Origin: Eledone cirrhosa
Lineage: Eukaryota
Assembly: GCA_964016885.1 (NCBI GenBank)
Contig: OZ024741.1
Span: forward strand, 18,724,001 to 18,788,000
Direction of reading: 5' to 3'
DNA: 64,000 nucleotides
Positions 47,802 to 60,785 of this stretch are shown piece after piece. The first letter of the stretch is position 1. The number at the start of each line of letters is the position of its first letter. Under the pieces are notes generated by a model, which worked only from the letters and a program-made list of their open reading frames with translations, searched no databases and was not told the origin of the DNA. The position numbers and the translations under genes were made by a program.

Positions 47802-49910
47802 AACTTTGAATCAACCTTGAAATGTTTTGGCCAGTATTGGCCCCAGGCCATGTCTAACTTAATAGCACCACCTGGCGAAGTCTTTCAATTCAGGATTTGG
47901 GCACCATGGCCCATTCGAGAAGAGAATTACTGTTTGCGGAGACATATCCGGGTGTGGGTGGTTTGTCCGGGATTACTTGGAGGAATTTGTCCAAAGACTT
48001 CTTGAATTTTGTGTGGTCAGTTTCTGTTTTGACGTGTCCTGGTGTGATGTTGAAGAGAGCAGGGCCGATTGAGGTGAAATAATTGTGCCGTATTGTTGTT
48101 ATGAGTTGCGATTTAGATTTTTGAATGGGACGGATAGCACGGGGCCCAAGCCTTGGGTGTATCTTGAAGGCGATGCCAACATCATTTGGGCAGTGATGAT
48201 GGAACATTTTCCACATCATGCAGATAATATAACGCTCACGGCGACGTTGGAGTGAGTAAAGTTTCAGGTTTTCCAATCGACCCCAGTAGTCAAGGTCTGA
48301 CATGCCATCTATCTTTTTCGTGATTGCCCTTTGAGGAGCTTCAAGTTTCATGATACTTTGTTTCGTGTGGGGAGACCACAGTGGACAACAGTATTCAAGG
48401 TGTGGTCGGGCGAAAGTAGAGAAGAGAAGGATAATGGTGCGGGAATCTCTCGACTGGAAGGTTCTGAGGATCCAGGAACACATTCTGCGGGCCATGTCAA
48501 CTTTGCTGCTTATATGCGTGGTCCAGCTTATGTTGCTGTCCACGGTTACTCCCAAGTCTCTGATGTTGTTAGATGCCACGAGAGTTTCCCCGGAGGGAAG
48601 GGAGTACGGGAGTTTCAGAGCATCCTCTTTTCCAAAGTGGATCAGTTCGAATTTGTCTTCGTTCAGTAACATGTTGTTCTTTTCTGCCCATTGGGTAACA
48701 GCCAGTAGGTCTGACTGAAGGCTTATCCGGTCATCCACGCCATTGATGACCTTTTGGAGCTTGGAATCATCAGCGAAAATTTTAATGTTGCTGTGTTTGA
48801 TGATGTCAGTGATGTCATTAATATAGATGATGAAGAGAAGTGGGCCCAACACAGTGCCTTGTGGGACTCCACTACTGACTTTGGCTGGGCTTGATTTGAC
48901 TCCCTCAACTACAACATGTTGGGTTCTGTTTGACAGGAAGCTCTTGATCCACTGCAGCAGCTTTCCAGTGACACCAATATTGGACAGCTTTCTCAGTAGA
49001 ATGTTATGATCAACCCTGTCAAAGGCCTTGCTGAAATCAAGGTAGATAACATCAGTGTTGGAACCCTCTCCCAAGGCTCTCAAAATGTCATCAAAGTGAT
49101 GCAGTAGTTGCGTCAGGCAATCCCTTCCATTACGGAATCCATGCTGGTTGGAGTTCAGCATATTGTTACTCTCAAGGAAGTGGGTCATTCGCGATCTCAC
49201 CACTCGCTCAAATACCTTAATGATATGAGAGGTGAGTGAGATTGGACGGTAATTCACGGCAAGGGATTTGTTTCCCTTTTTGAAAACTGGGACAACAGAC
49301 TGGGATAGAAGGTTTTCTGGCACATATCCAGCATCCAGTGAGTTCCGCCACAGATTGGCAAGAGGAGAAGCAAGTTGGTGTTGACACGCCTTCAAGACAC
49401 AAGCAGGGAACCTATCGGGACCTACTGCTGAATTATGCTTGATTTCCTTTATTGCCGCCAAGACATCAGGGGCGCCAAACGTTATGTCCGATAAGGTGTA
49501 ATGGGGAGTAACATCGCCGATACAGCCCAGATCGGCCATATCAGGATTGCTGAAAACAGAGCAGTATTGTTTCTGCAGTATCTCACCCATGGTTTTAGCA
49601 TTGTCTTGAAGAGTGCCATTTTCATCAATTAGAGGGCCAACAGTAGAGCCAGTGATTTTGTGTTTTTTTGCAAATGAAAAGAACACTTTGGGATTGAGTT
49701 TGATCTTCTCAATGGCCCAGGCCTCTTCAGCTCTTCTCTGATTGTTGATGAGGGACATTATGTTGTTTTGGAGGTTATGTTTTTTAATCTCTAGTGATGA
49801 AATGGCAGTCAAGTTGATGTGTTGCTGCTGACAGTATTTCAGCTTGTTGATTTTTTTGTTCGTTCTCTTAATTTTTCTGATGAGCGTTTTTCTATTTCTA
49901 GGGATTCTAT
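47802..49910 (-). mobile_element. 5'-truncated CR1-group LINE with uninterrupted RT and C-terminal coding region (stop at 47890)
   Basis: [63 protein letters not shown]; no APE domain present. Confidence 0.92.
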
Positions 49911-49957
49911 ATGTATGTATATATAGAATCCCTAGAAATATTCTATATATATGTATG

Positions 49958-49988
<31 letters not shown>

Positions 49989-50011
49989 ATATATATATAT
50001 ATATATGTATG

Positions 50012-50042
<31 letters not shown>

Positions 50043-50063
50043 ATATATATATATATATGTATG

Positions 50064-50130
<67 letters not shown>

Positions 50131-50318
50131 ATATATATATATATTTATATATGTATATGTATGTATATATATATATATATATATGTATGTATATATATAT
50201 ATGTATGTATATATATATATATATGTATTTATATATGTATATATATGTATGTATATATATATATATATATATATGTATTTATATATGTATATATATATGT
50301 ATGTATATATATATATAT

Positions 50319-51136
50319 GGTTATACTTGGGGAGGGTCATAGTTGTGTAATAATATATCCAGAATTAATAACAGAACACACTCACTGTTTGGTTTCAGTA
50401 CTATACGAACATGCCAGACAACAACACGACGGTAACATAGACAACATAGAAATTAGAATAATATCTAAACATAGAAATGACCCAGCAGATAGGCAAATCA
50501 GAGAGGCCAGCGAAATAGAACTTAGAAGGCCAAGGCTAAACAGAAAAAATGAATGGAATAACAACACCCAAACAACACTGACCTAAGAGAAGTATAAATA
50601 AATAAATAAATACATACACAAGCACAATAACAACAAACACATATAAACACACACTAGTAAACTAAGATAGAATACAATAACCAATACACAGTCACCCAAA
50701 CACGAACACACATCAAACAAAACACTGTACACACACGCAAATGCATGCGCAGAGAAGACAAAAAATAAACAAATAAATAAATAGACTAAATAAAGATGGC
50801 GTAGGCATATAATGCAACGGGAGGAAACATAATAGCACCACTGACGATGTTGCAGATGTGCAACGAAAGAACTTTGTTAGACTATATATATGTGTTTGTG
50901 TCTATATTGTATCTGTATTTTTGACCGTTGATCAGTGAATGGTAACATTGAGGACCGAATAGATTAAATTAACCGATATAAAGGACACAGAAGCGAAAAC
51001 CAACCGAACAGTGAGTGTGTTCTGTTATTAATTCTGGCAATATTACACAAATATGATCCTCACCAAGTATAACAATATTTGTTTCGACACACGATTTCAT
51101 ATCAAAAGCCTCGCAAAATTAATTAATTCATCGCCG

Positions 51137-51140
<4 letters not shown>
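50319..51140 (+). mobile_element. 5'-truncated Penelope-like element: short inverted pLTR, GIY-YIG C-terminus, pLTR with hammerhead core (50841-50868)
   Basis: [11 protein letters not shown]...IRIISK....[21 protein letters not shown]; CTGACGA tGTTGCAgatgTGCAAC GAAA; 50319-50396 is an inverted copy of ~50995-51072. Confidence 0.85.
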
Positions 51141-51186
<46 letters not shown>

Positions 51187-51253
51187 GTATGTGTATATAT
51201 ATATATGTATGTGTATATATATATATGTATGTGTATATATGTATATATATATG

Positions 51254-51284
<31 letters not shown>

Positions 51285-51307
51285 CTATGTATATATATAT
51301 ATGTATG

Positions 51308-51347
<40 letters not shown>

Positions 51348-51351
51348 TATG

Positions 51352-51398
<47 letters not shown>

Positions 51399-51399
51399 G

Positions 51400-51450
<51 letters not shown>

Positions 51451-51459
51451 GTGTATATG

Positions 51460-51490
<31 letters not shown>

Positions 51491-51547
51491 GTATATGTAT
51501 ATATATATATGTATATATATATATATGTATATGTATATATATATATG

Positions 51548-51594
<47 letters not shown>

Positions 51595-51627
51595 ATATAT
51601 AAGTATATATATATATATATGTATATG

Positions 51628-51658
<31 letters not shown>

Positions 51659-51755
51659 GTATATATATGTATATATATATATATGTATATATATATATGT
51701 ATATATATGTATATATATATATATGTATATATATGTATATATATATATATGTATG

Positions 51756-51792
<37 letters not shown>

Positions 51793-51845
51793 GTATATAT
51801 ATATGTATATATATATGTATATATACATATATATATACATATATC

Positions 51846-52257
51846 CGGGAGAGATGACCCCTTAGCCTTTGTCAAGGCAGAATTCTAGGAGAAGGAAAAC
51901 TCTGATATAACACCTGCAACCCTGATGGTATCCAATGATGTTGACTTGTTCTTCTTTTTGGTAAATATCATCTTGGTACTGAGAGTGGGACTGGCTTTGT
52001 GCAGTGCCTTTGCTCACTATAAAAGCTTCACGACACAGGCATTGCTTTATATCTGGAGATCTCTCTGCACTTGTCGTCACATGGTACCATGGGCCCAGCA
52101 CTATGTGTCAATAATTGTCACAAGTGTAGTGTTTGTACCAGAGTTTTCAAGTCGCTGGCTGGAGTAAAAAGCCACACGTGTTCAGCGCATCGGTAGGGGT
52201 TCTCCTACATGGATATAAAGTAGTGGCCGTACTCGAAAATGAGTTGGCAGCCACCAT
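51846..52257 (+). mobile_element. Unclassified retroposon-like repeat, 5'-shortened copy
   Basis: Near-identical to 60222-60633 with the same 3' end; contains ctaggagaaggaaaactctga, reminiscent of RTE-type 5' UTRs. Confidence 0.65.
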
Positions 52258-52352
52258 ATTAATATATATATGTATATATATATATATATGTATGTATATA
52301 TATATGTATATGTATATATATATATGTATATGTATATATATATATGTATATG

Positions 52353-52383
<31 letters not shown>

Positions 52384-52416
52384 GTATGTATATATATCTA
52401 TATACATATATGTATG

Positions 52417-52480
<64 letters not shown>

Positions 52481-52526
52481 GCTATATACATATATGTATT
52501 TATATATATATATATATATATGTATG

Positions 52527-52577
<51 letters not shown>

Positions 52578-52584
52578 ATGTATG

Positions 52585-52617
<33 letters not shown>

Positions 52618-52622
52618 GTATG

Positions 52623-52673
<51 letters not shown>

Positions 52674-52680
52674 ATGTATG

Positions 52681-52714
<34 letters not shown>

Positions 52715-52880
52715 TATGTATGTATATATATATATATGTATGTATATATATATGTATGTATATATATATATATATGTATGTATATATATATATATATTTA
52801 TGTATATATATATATATATGTATGTATATATATATGTATGTATATATATATATGTATGTATATATATATATATATGTATG

Positions 52881-52911
<31 letters not shown>

Positions 52912-53126
52912 GTATGATGGACACACGCGTATAACTTGCTGAGTAAGTTCTGTTTAAATTTCTATAGAAATTCTTGTCTGATAACTTTAATTTTTGTACC
53001 ATTTTGTAGAGGGACTGCCAGGTCAAACTTTGATCTGGTCAGTCTCTCAAAATATTCTACGCCTTTAGGCGAAATAGTTAAACAAAAAAAAAGTTTTTTC
53101 TTGTTGAAAAGTCAATATTTTTTTAA

Positions 53127-54914
53127 ATGGCCGAAGCTTCTTCACCAAAATTCGAAGGAGGAAAGGGGAAGATGAACTTACAGCTTCCCCCTGCCACTGT
53201 CACAGTAGCAGAGGTCAAGAAGAAAGGTCAGCCAGAGGAAGAATTCTCTCCACCTGTTAACCGACAACTTGACGTTGCCATGGCAACAACTCAAAGAACC
53301 AGCAGCAACAGCAACAACAACAATGCGACGGACGAAAACAACACAAATAACAATAACATTAACAACAACAAGACCAATAACGGTGACAACAACAACAATG
53401 ATAACAACAACACCACCAACGACAACAACAACACAAACAAACAAAATTTCTCCTTCGCCGAGACGACAAGGAAAACCCTTGACTATCTGCCAGTAGATAT
53501 AACAAAAGCGAAGGAGCTACTGGCGGATGCGAAAAAATATATAGTGTACGGGGAAAATGGTTCATTCACAATCCATTCCCCCCCGGAACTAAAAAGCCAG
53601 AGACTCCTAAACACGGTCATGTTTAGGACAATCTCGAACAAAAGTAAAAAACCAGCTCAACCATCACAGAGCGAGATAGAGCTGGTTTTAAAAGACGTCA
53701 TGAAGGACATCACCTTCATTCAGAAGGATAGACTCTACGGGAGTCTATCCATTCTCATGAAGGACAGGGACACAGCAGTGAAACTGTCCATCAAACCAAT
53801 CACATCCACCGCATACACCTTCTACCCTACGTACATGGGTAGAAGAACACAAAAAATAAAAATCCACACCATCCTGCCGATTATGGACATATGGTGGGTT
53901 TTGACAGGTTTTCTGGACCTGGAGGATGACATGCTGGTGTCCATGGGAAAGGCATCGGGTGACGCGTTCAGTGGAACGAGCCTCGAACTTGTAGTTCAAA
54001 TGAGGCCCGAAAGGATCGCCCAGATCCCTGAACGCGTCATACTGGATGATCTAACCTTCATCAACATTACCGTTGAGGGTAGACGGCCCTCGTGTTACCT
54101 CTGCGGAACCAGAGGTCACCTGAGGGCTGTCTGTCCCCAACTTAATAAGAAAACCCCAATCCTGCCTACACCACCAACAACTGCACAACCAACACAATCA
54201 CCACAACTACCACTACAAAAACAACCACCACAGCTCAAACCAAAACAAAACAATGTCCAACCCATCCCCTCCACTCAAAAAACAAAAACAATTTCCAAAA
54301 CACCCGTACCGCAAACACAACCCGAAAATATACCCCTCCCCTCCAACGCGGAAGATGACCCTAGTTCGTCGTCAGACGAGGAGGAGCACTTCCACACAAT
54401 CAAAAAAAAAAAAAGAAAACACACCTCAGACACACAAATGAAAAAAACCCCTCCCCAAAACATAACACTGACACCAACACAAAAGAGCTCACAACAACAG
54501 CAAACAAAAAACACCACACAAAAACAAAAACATGCATACACATACATAAATACAAGAAACAAAAAACTGTTAAACATTGTGTACAACAACAATCTAATAA
54601 AAACACAAGGGCCTAACTTCACCCAGGCAGGGGATTTCCCCCACCTCAAAATGATTAAGGCCCCACAGGACACCTATAAAACTTTAAAAAACAATTTTAA
54701 AGAGGACGTGGGTCCCCCCTGCGTCGGGCCCATTAACCGCGTCCTCCTAAAAAACTATCCCACCCCCTCCCCAAACACCCACACAACTCCAAGCTCCCCA
54801 ACCACACATCACACTGATGCCCCCACACTTCCACAAACCACCACCCCACCCAACAACCCATCCCCCACCCTAATGGAAATTGTGCAGCCCGATACCCGGG
54901 ACGCAGAGAGGTAA
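53127..54914 (+). CDS. Tx1-like ORF1 (gag-like, CCHC knuckle, Asn- and Pro/Thr/Gln-rich low-complexity flanks)
   Basis: VEGRRPSCYLCGTRGHLRAVCP; 595 aa open. Confidence 0.88.
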   Translation: MAEASSPKFEGGKGKMNLQLPPATVTVAEVKKKGQPEEEFSPPVNRQLDVAMATTQRTSSNSNNNNATDENNTNNNNINNNKTNNGDNNNNDNNNTTNDNNNTNKQNFSFAETTRKTLDYLPVDITKAKELLADAKKYIVYGENGSFTIHSPPELKSQRLLNTVMFRTISNKSKKPAQPSQSEIELVLKDVMKDITFIQKDRLYGSLSILMKDRDTAVKLSIKPITSTAYTFYPTYMGRRTQKIKIHTILPIMDIWWVLTGFLDLEDDMLVSMGKASGDAFSGTSLELVVQMRPERIAQIPERVILDDLTFINITVEGRRPSCYLCGTRGHLRAVCPQLNKKTPILPTPPTTAQPTQSPQLPLQKQPPQLKPKQNNVQPIPSTQKTKTISKTPVPQTQPENIPLPSNAEDDPSSSSDEEEHFHTIKKKKRKHTSDTQMKKTPPQNITLTPTQKSSQQQQTKNTTQKQKHAYTYINTRNKKLLNIVYNNNLIKTQGPNFTQAGDFPHLKMIKAPQDTYKTLKNNFKEDVGPPCVGPINRVLLKNYPTPSPNTHTTPSSPTTHHTDAPTLPQTTTPPNNPSPTLMEIVQPDTRDAER

Positions 54915-54939
54915 GTGCCTTTTTCTCTTCACTACCAAC

Positions 54940-57900
54940 ATGGCTATGCTAAGAGTAGGCTGTTTAAATGCGCGTGGCCTGGGCTCAACTTGGAAGCAAG
55001 CAATGCTTCTAAATGACCTCAGGTCACAACGTATAGATGTGATGGTTATTTGCGAGGCCCGGATCAGCAACGTGCGACAGCTGGCCCCCACCTTTGATGA
55101 CTTTGAGATGCACGCATCTCTCTGTCAGCCCGGAGGCGGGGGTGGAGTTGTCGTTCTGCTGCAAAAACATCTGGGTCTCGCAACACAGATGGTACATTTG
55201 GACCCGGAGGGTCGACTAGTGGTTCTGGACCTTGGCAGTGGTAAAGGCGGAGCGTTTAGGTTGGTAGCCGCCTACGGCCCTTTCGGGTCAATGCGGCCGG
55301 ACTTCTTCTATCGTCTGGAGACTTTTCTAGGGACGTCCCGCTCCTTGCTATTAGTGGGGGACTGGAATGGTATCCTAGATGCACGCTGGGACTACGTAGG
55401 GGCCTGCCCCGATAGAGAGGGGTGTAATAGCCTCAAAGGGTTAATCGGTCGATTTGACCTGGCCGATAGATATCGACTAGATTTTCCGACTGCGCCAACC
55501 TGGACTTGGGCAAATCGTAGCGGATCATCTAGGTCGTACCTAGATAGGTTCTTAGTTAGAATTAAGGATAAGGACTTTTTAAGTTGTCCAAAAATGCGCA
55601 TGGTTGGCTATTCAGACCACAAATTAGTGACCTGCATGGTCAGCCTTGACAGAACTCATAGACAGGGCCCCGGTTACTGGAAGCTCAACTTGTCCTTGCC
55701 GGCAAGTAGAGCCTACAGGAATCGGATTAGTACGTTAGTTAAGGAACGGTTGACTGGAGCGATCGTCAACAGCAGGTGGTGGGTATCTCTAAAGAGAGAG
55801 ATTAGAGTAGTCTCGATAGAATTTAGTAAGGTTCTAGCTGCGGATAGGAATAGGAAGGAAAGGGAGCTAATAGATAGAGTAGAAGAGGCAATTAGAAGCG
55901 GCGACGTGGCCAGAGTGCTAGCGTCGAGAACGGCTTTGAGCCAGTTTTTCGACGCGAAGCACGAAGGCTGCGTTGTCCGAAGTAAAATACGTGCTCTAGG
56001 GAACGAGGGGACCAAAGCTGTTAGCTGGGCCCGCGTGACAGAGGCCAACAGTGGAACTAAATCCACCATCCGGTCTTTGCGAGACCTGGATGGACGAGCG
56101 ATTCTTGAGCCTAAGCAGATGTGTGAGGCCTTTCAAAGGCACTTTGCCCGACTGTTCGGGAGGGGCGGGGAGCCGGTTGAGAACGTGGACTTCGGTCCAT
56201 ACCTCGACGGCCTGCCGCGCCTCTCGGACAGGGAGGCGAAGTCCTGCGAGGAGCCGATTTCGGCCGCTGAGATAGAGGACGTGCTGAGCCAATGCGGCAA
56301 ACGCAAATCCCCGGGTCTCGATGGTCTTCCTTACGAATTATATCTAGCTATGCCGGACTTGTTCCCCGATCTCCTCGAGGTGGTCTACTGCAACTGGCAA
56401 CAGAACGGGAGAATTCCCTGTACTGTGACCAAGGGCGTAGTCACGCTAGTGAGGAAGGACGAGAACAAGGGGGACGAAATAAGTAACTTCAGGCCCATAA
56501 CACTGCTAAATACAGAGTTACAGATTTTGGCCAAGGTGCTAGCAAAGAGGTTGGCGCTTGTCGTGGGCAACCTGGTGGGAGATGCGCAGACATGCGCTAT
56601 CCCGTCCAGGTCCATCCATGACAACCTCCACCTCATGCGATACATCATAGAGAGGGTTGGGAACGAACCCGGCTTTGGTGGGGCTCTGATCAACTTGGAT
56701 CAATCTAAGGCGTTCGATAGGGTCGACCATGGTTACCTGGATGCGGTGCTAGCGGCGGCAGGCTTCGGACCCGTTTTCAGGGGCTGGATCACTGCTATGC
56801 ACAGCAGCCGCATCTGCTCTAGGGTCAAGGTGAACGGCTACCTCTCGGAGCCGTTCAAAATCGCGCGGTCCATCCGACAAGGGTGCCCTCTCTCCTCCCT
56901 TCTGTATGTGTTGACTCTAGAGCCACTACTGCGGAAGTTGGAGTTGTTGCAGGGCATCCCTTTGGAACCGGGATTGCGGAAAGCGGTGTCGGCCTACGCC
57001 GATGACGTGACAGTAATGGTGTCGACGGCCTCCGAAATCGAGGCGGTCGGCACCTTACTGGAGGAGTACGAAAAGTTCACAGGGGCTAAGCTGAACCGGG
57101 ACAAGTCGATCGGTTTGCAACTCGGCACGTGGAGGGGCAGACCGATGCCCTCCGATGGCGTCGTCGGACGCTGGACGGAGGGCCCGGTGAAGTTGCTCGG
57201 GGTCTGGTTCGGACCGGACCTCCAGGTGGAGAAAAACTGGGCGGAGGTTACGAACAGGGTGTTTGCACTGACCCAGAAGTGGGCCAGTTGCAAACTATCC
57301 CTGAAAGGTCGGGCGGAGGTGGCGAACACCTACATAGCGTCCGTCATCTACTACCGCCTGACCGTAGTGCCCTGCCCAAGGGAAACCCTCACCAAGATGG
57401 AGCGCGCGCTCTTCCAATTCCTTTGGAAGAGGCGGGCTCCTATGGTGAGGAGATCCATCTGCTGTCAACACCCTTCGAAAGGAGGGCTGGGGATGCCGTG
57501 GCTAATGATGCGTAAACACGCATTAAGGCTATGGCACCTCTACGTATTCCTCACCGGACAACCGGTGTGGGCCTCGTTTGTAAGACGAACCTTTCCCAGA
57601 CTCGTCTCACTCACCGAGCTGCAATCCTGGGTCAAGCAAAGACCGAGAAAACTGGGCGCCTGGCACACTGAGTGTGCCCAGGCGCTCACCGCCCTCTGGC
57701 AGGCGGATCCGGTTATCAGTGGAGACTCCACCGCAACATTCTATAGAGGGCTGGTACGCAGCAGGTGCGACGACGCCCTCGGAGAAGCCCTAGACATGGA
57801 GGAGGACGAACTGGCCAGCCTGTTCGGTAGGACATTCAGCCCGGGACCTATGGACAACTTCCAGAAGTCCCTGGCCTGGCAGTGCTACCGAGGGGCTTTA

Positions 57901-58377
57901 CCCGTTCGAGAAAGGCTCTACAGACACGGGCGCCCGGGTAGGGACCCCGCCAAAAAGATCTGTCCCAGATGCGTGTGCGACGAGGAAACCGTTGCACACG
58001 CATTGGTACACTGCTCGGGCGTAGCCGATCTGTGGGGCTATGTCGAACAACTGCTGTCAAGGGTGGGACCGATCCGGTTGACCACCGAGTCTATTGTAAT
58101 GATCAAGCCGCCTCCCCCCTTCAAAGATGAAGCAGAGGCGGTGTTTCTGTGCGTAATAGCCATGGCGAAAGAGGTTGTATGGTGGACGCGTCTGAAAGGA
58201 CTGAGGTCAGGCACCTTTCTCTCTGGCCAACAACTGGTCCGTTTCTTCCGATATCATTTCGGAAGAAGGATCAGGATGGAGAGAGAGGTGCTGCACCCCA
58301 GCCGTTTCTATGAAAGATGGGTGAAAGTGGCGAGAATGGCCCGTGTGAATGGGCCTTCACTCTACATCAGACTATAG
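54940..58377 (+). CDS. Tx1-like ORF2: APE endonuclease, reverse transcriptase, C-terminal CCHC
   Basis: LNARGL, GDWN, YLDRF, SDH, GPGYWKLN, KSPGLDGLPYE, RPITLLN, LDQSKAFDRV, RQGCPLS, AYADD, CPRC..EETVAHALVHC; first ATG at 54940. Confidence 0.95.
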   Translation: MAMLRVGCLNARGLGSTWKQAMLLNDLRSQRIDVMVICEARISNVRQLAPTFDDFEMHASLCQPGGGGGVVVLLQKHLGLATQMVHLDPEGRLVVLDLGSGKGGAFRLVAAYGPFGSMRPDFFYRLETFLGTSRSLLLVGDWNGILDARWDYVGACPDREGCNSLKGLIGRFDLADRYRLDFPTAPTWTWANRSGSSRSYLDRFLVRIKDKDFLSCPKMRMVGYSDHKLVTCMVSLDRTHRQGPGYWKLNLSLPASRAYRNRISTLVKERLTGAIVNSRWWVSLKREIRVVSIEFSKVLAADRNRKERELIDRVEEAIRSGDVARVLASRTALSQFFDAKHEGCVVRSKIRALGNEGTKAVSWARVTEANSGTKSTIRSLRDLDGRAILEPKQMCEAFQRHFARLFGRGGEPVENVDFGPYLDGLPRLSDREAKSCEEPISAAEIEDVLSQCGKRKSPGLDGLPYELYLAMPDLFPDLLEVVYCNWQQNGRIPCTVTKGVVTLVRKDENKGDEISNFRPITLLNTELQILAKVLAKRLALVVGNLVGDAQTCAIPSRSIHDNLHLMRYIIERVGNEPGFGGALINLDQSKAFDRVDHGYLDAVLAAAGFGPVFRGWITAMHSSRICSRVKVNGYLSEPFKIARSIRQGCPLSSLLYVLTLEPLLRKLELLQGIPLEPGLRKAVSAYADDVTVMVSTASEIEAVGTLLEEYEKFTGAKLNRDKSIGLQLGTWRGRPMPSDGVVGRWTEGPVKLLGVWFGPDLQVEKNWAEVTNRVFALTQKWASCKLSLKGRAEVANTYIASVIYYRLTVVPCPRETLTKMERALFQFLWKRRAPMVRRSICCQHPSKGGLGMPWLMMRKHALRLWHLYVFLTGQPVWASFVRRTFPRLVSLTELQSWVKQRPRKLGAWHTECAQALTALWQADPVISGDSTATFYRGLVRSRCDDALGEALDMEEDELASLFGRTFSPGPMDNFQKSLAWQCYRGALPVRERLYRHGRPGRDPAKKICPRCVCDEETVAHALVHCSGVADLWGYVEQLLSRVGPIRLTTESIVMIKPPPPFKDEAEAVFLCVIAMAKEVVWWTRLKGLRSGTFLSGQQLVRFFRYHFGRRIRMEREVLHPSRFYERWVKVARMARVNGPSLYIRL

Positions 58378-58637
58378 GTGAGGAAGATGAAAGACCAAGG
58401 GAGCACCCCTTCTCTGTGCTCCTGAGGAGGAGGGTTGCACACTTTTTTCGGGGGTGTGTGCGCCCCCCCAAGGCGCCTCCTCTCTATTGAGGATTTTGTT
58501 AAAAATTTTATTTTTTGTTATATCTTATTTTATTTTTATATTTTGTTATTGCCTCCTCCTTATTGAGGACGCCTTTTTGTGTAAACTCCCCCTTTGTACT
58601 TGTCCCACTTTTGATGCCCTAGTGGCAAATAAAAGAA

Positions 58638-60131
<1,494 letters not shown>

Positions 60132-60633
60132 GTCGGGTGACTTTGGACATCCTGCAGGACTAAAAACAAAACCTGTCAAAGGGCAAAGGAGCTCTTAAGA
60201 GTCAATGGCCATCCAAAATCACCGGGAGAGATGACCCCTTAGCCTTTGTCAAGGCAGAATTCTAGGAGAAGGAAAACTCTGATATAACACCTGCAACCCT
60301 GATGGTATCCAATGATGTTGACTTGTTCTTCTTTTTGGTAAATATCATCTTGGTTAAGAGAGTGGGACTGGCTTTGTGCAGTGCCTTTGCTCACTATAAA
60401 AGCTTCACGGCACAGGCATTGCTTTATATCTGGAGATCTCTCTGCACTTGTCCTCACATGGTACCATGGGCCCAGCACTATGTGTCAATAATTGTCACAA
60501 GTGTAGTGTTTGTACCAGAGGTTTCAAGTCGCTGGCTGGACAAAAAGTCACACTCGTTCAGCGCTTCGGTAGGGGTTCTCCTACATGGATATAAAGTAGT
60601 GGCCGTACTCGAAAACGAGTTGGCAGCCACCAT
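60132..60633 (+). mobile_element. Unclassified retroposon-like repeat, longer copy
   Basis: Matches 51846-52257 plus ~90 bp at the 5' end; microsatellite on both sides. Confidence 0.65.
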
Positions 60634-60785
60634 GTATATATGTATGTATATATGTATGTATGTATATATATATATATATGTATGTATATATGTATGTATA
60701 TATATATATATGTGTGTATGTATATATATATATATATGTGTGTATGTATATATATATATATGTATGTATATATGTATGTATGTAT

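Larger units (their letters stand above)
52916..58638 (+). mobile_element. Full-length Tx1-clade (L1 group) non-LTR retrotransposon in a TA/TATG tract
   Basis: ~210-bp 5' UTR, two intact ORFs, 3' UTR with AATAAA at 58628 running directly into (TA)n. Confidence 0.92.

Noticed and set aside
54880-54939. ORF2 start at 54880
   Set aside because: Non-ATG start; the APE domain begins right after the ATG at 54940.
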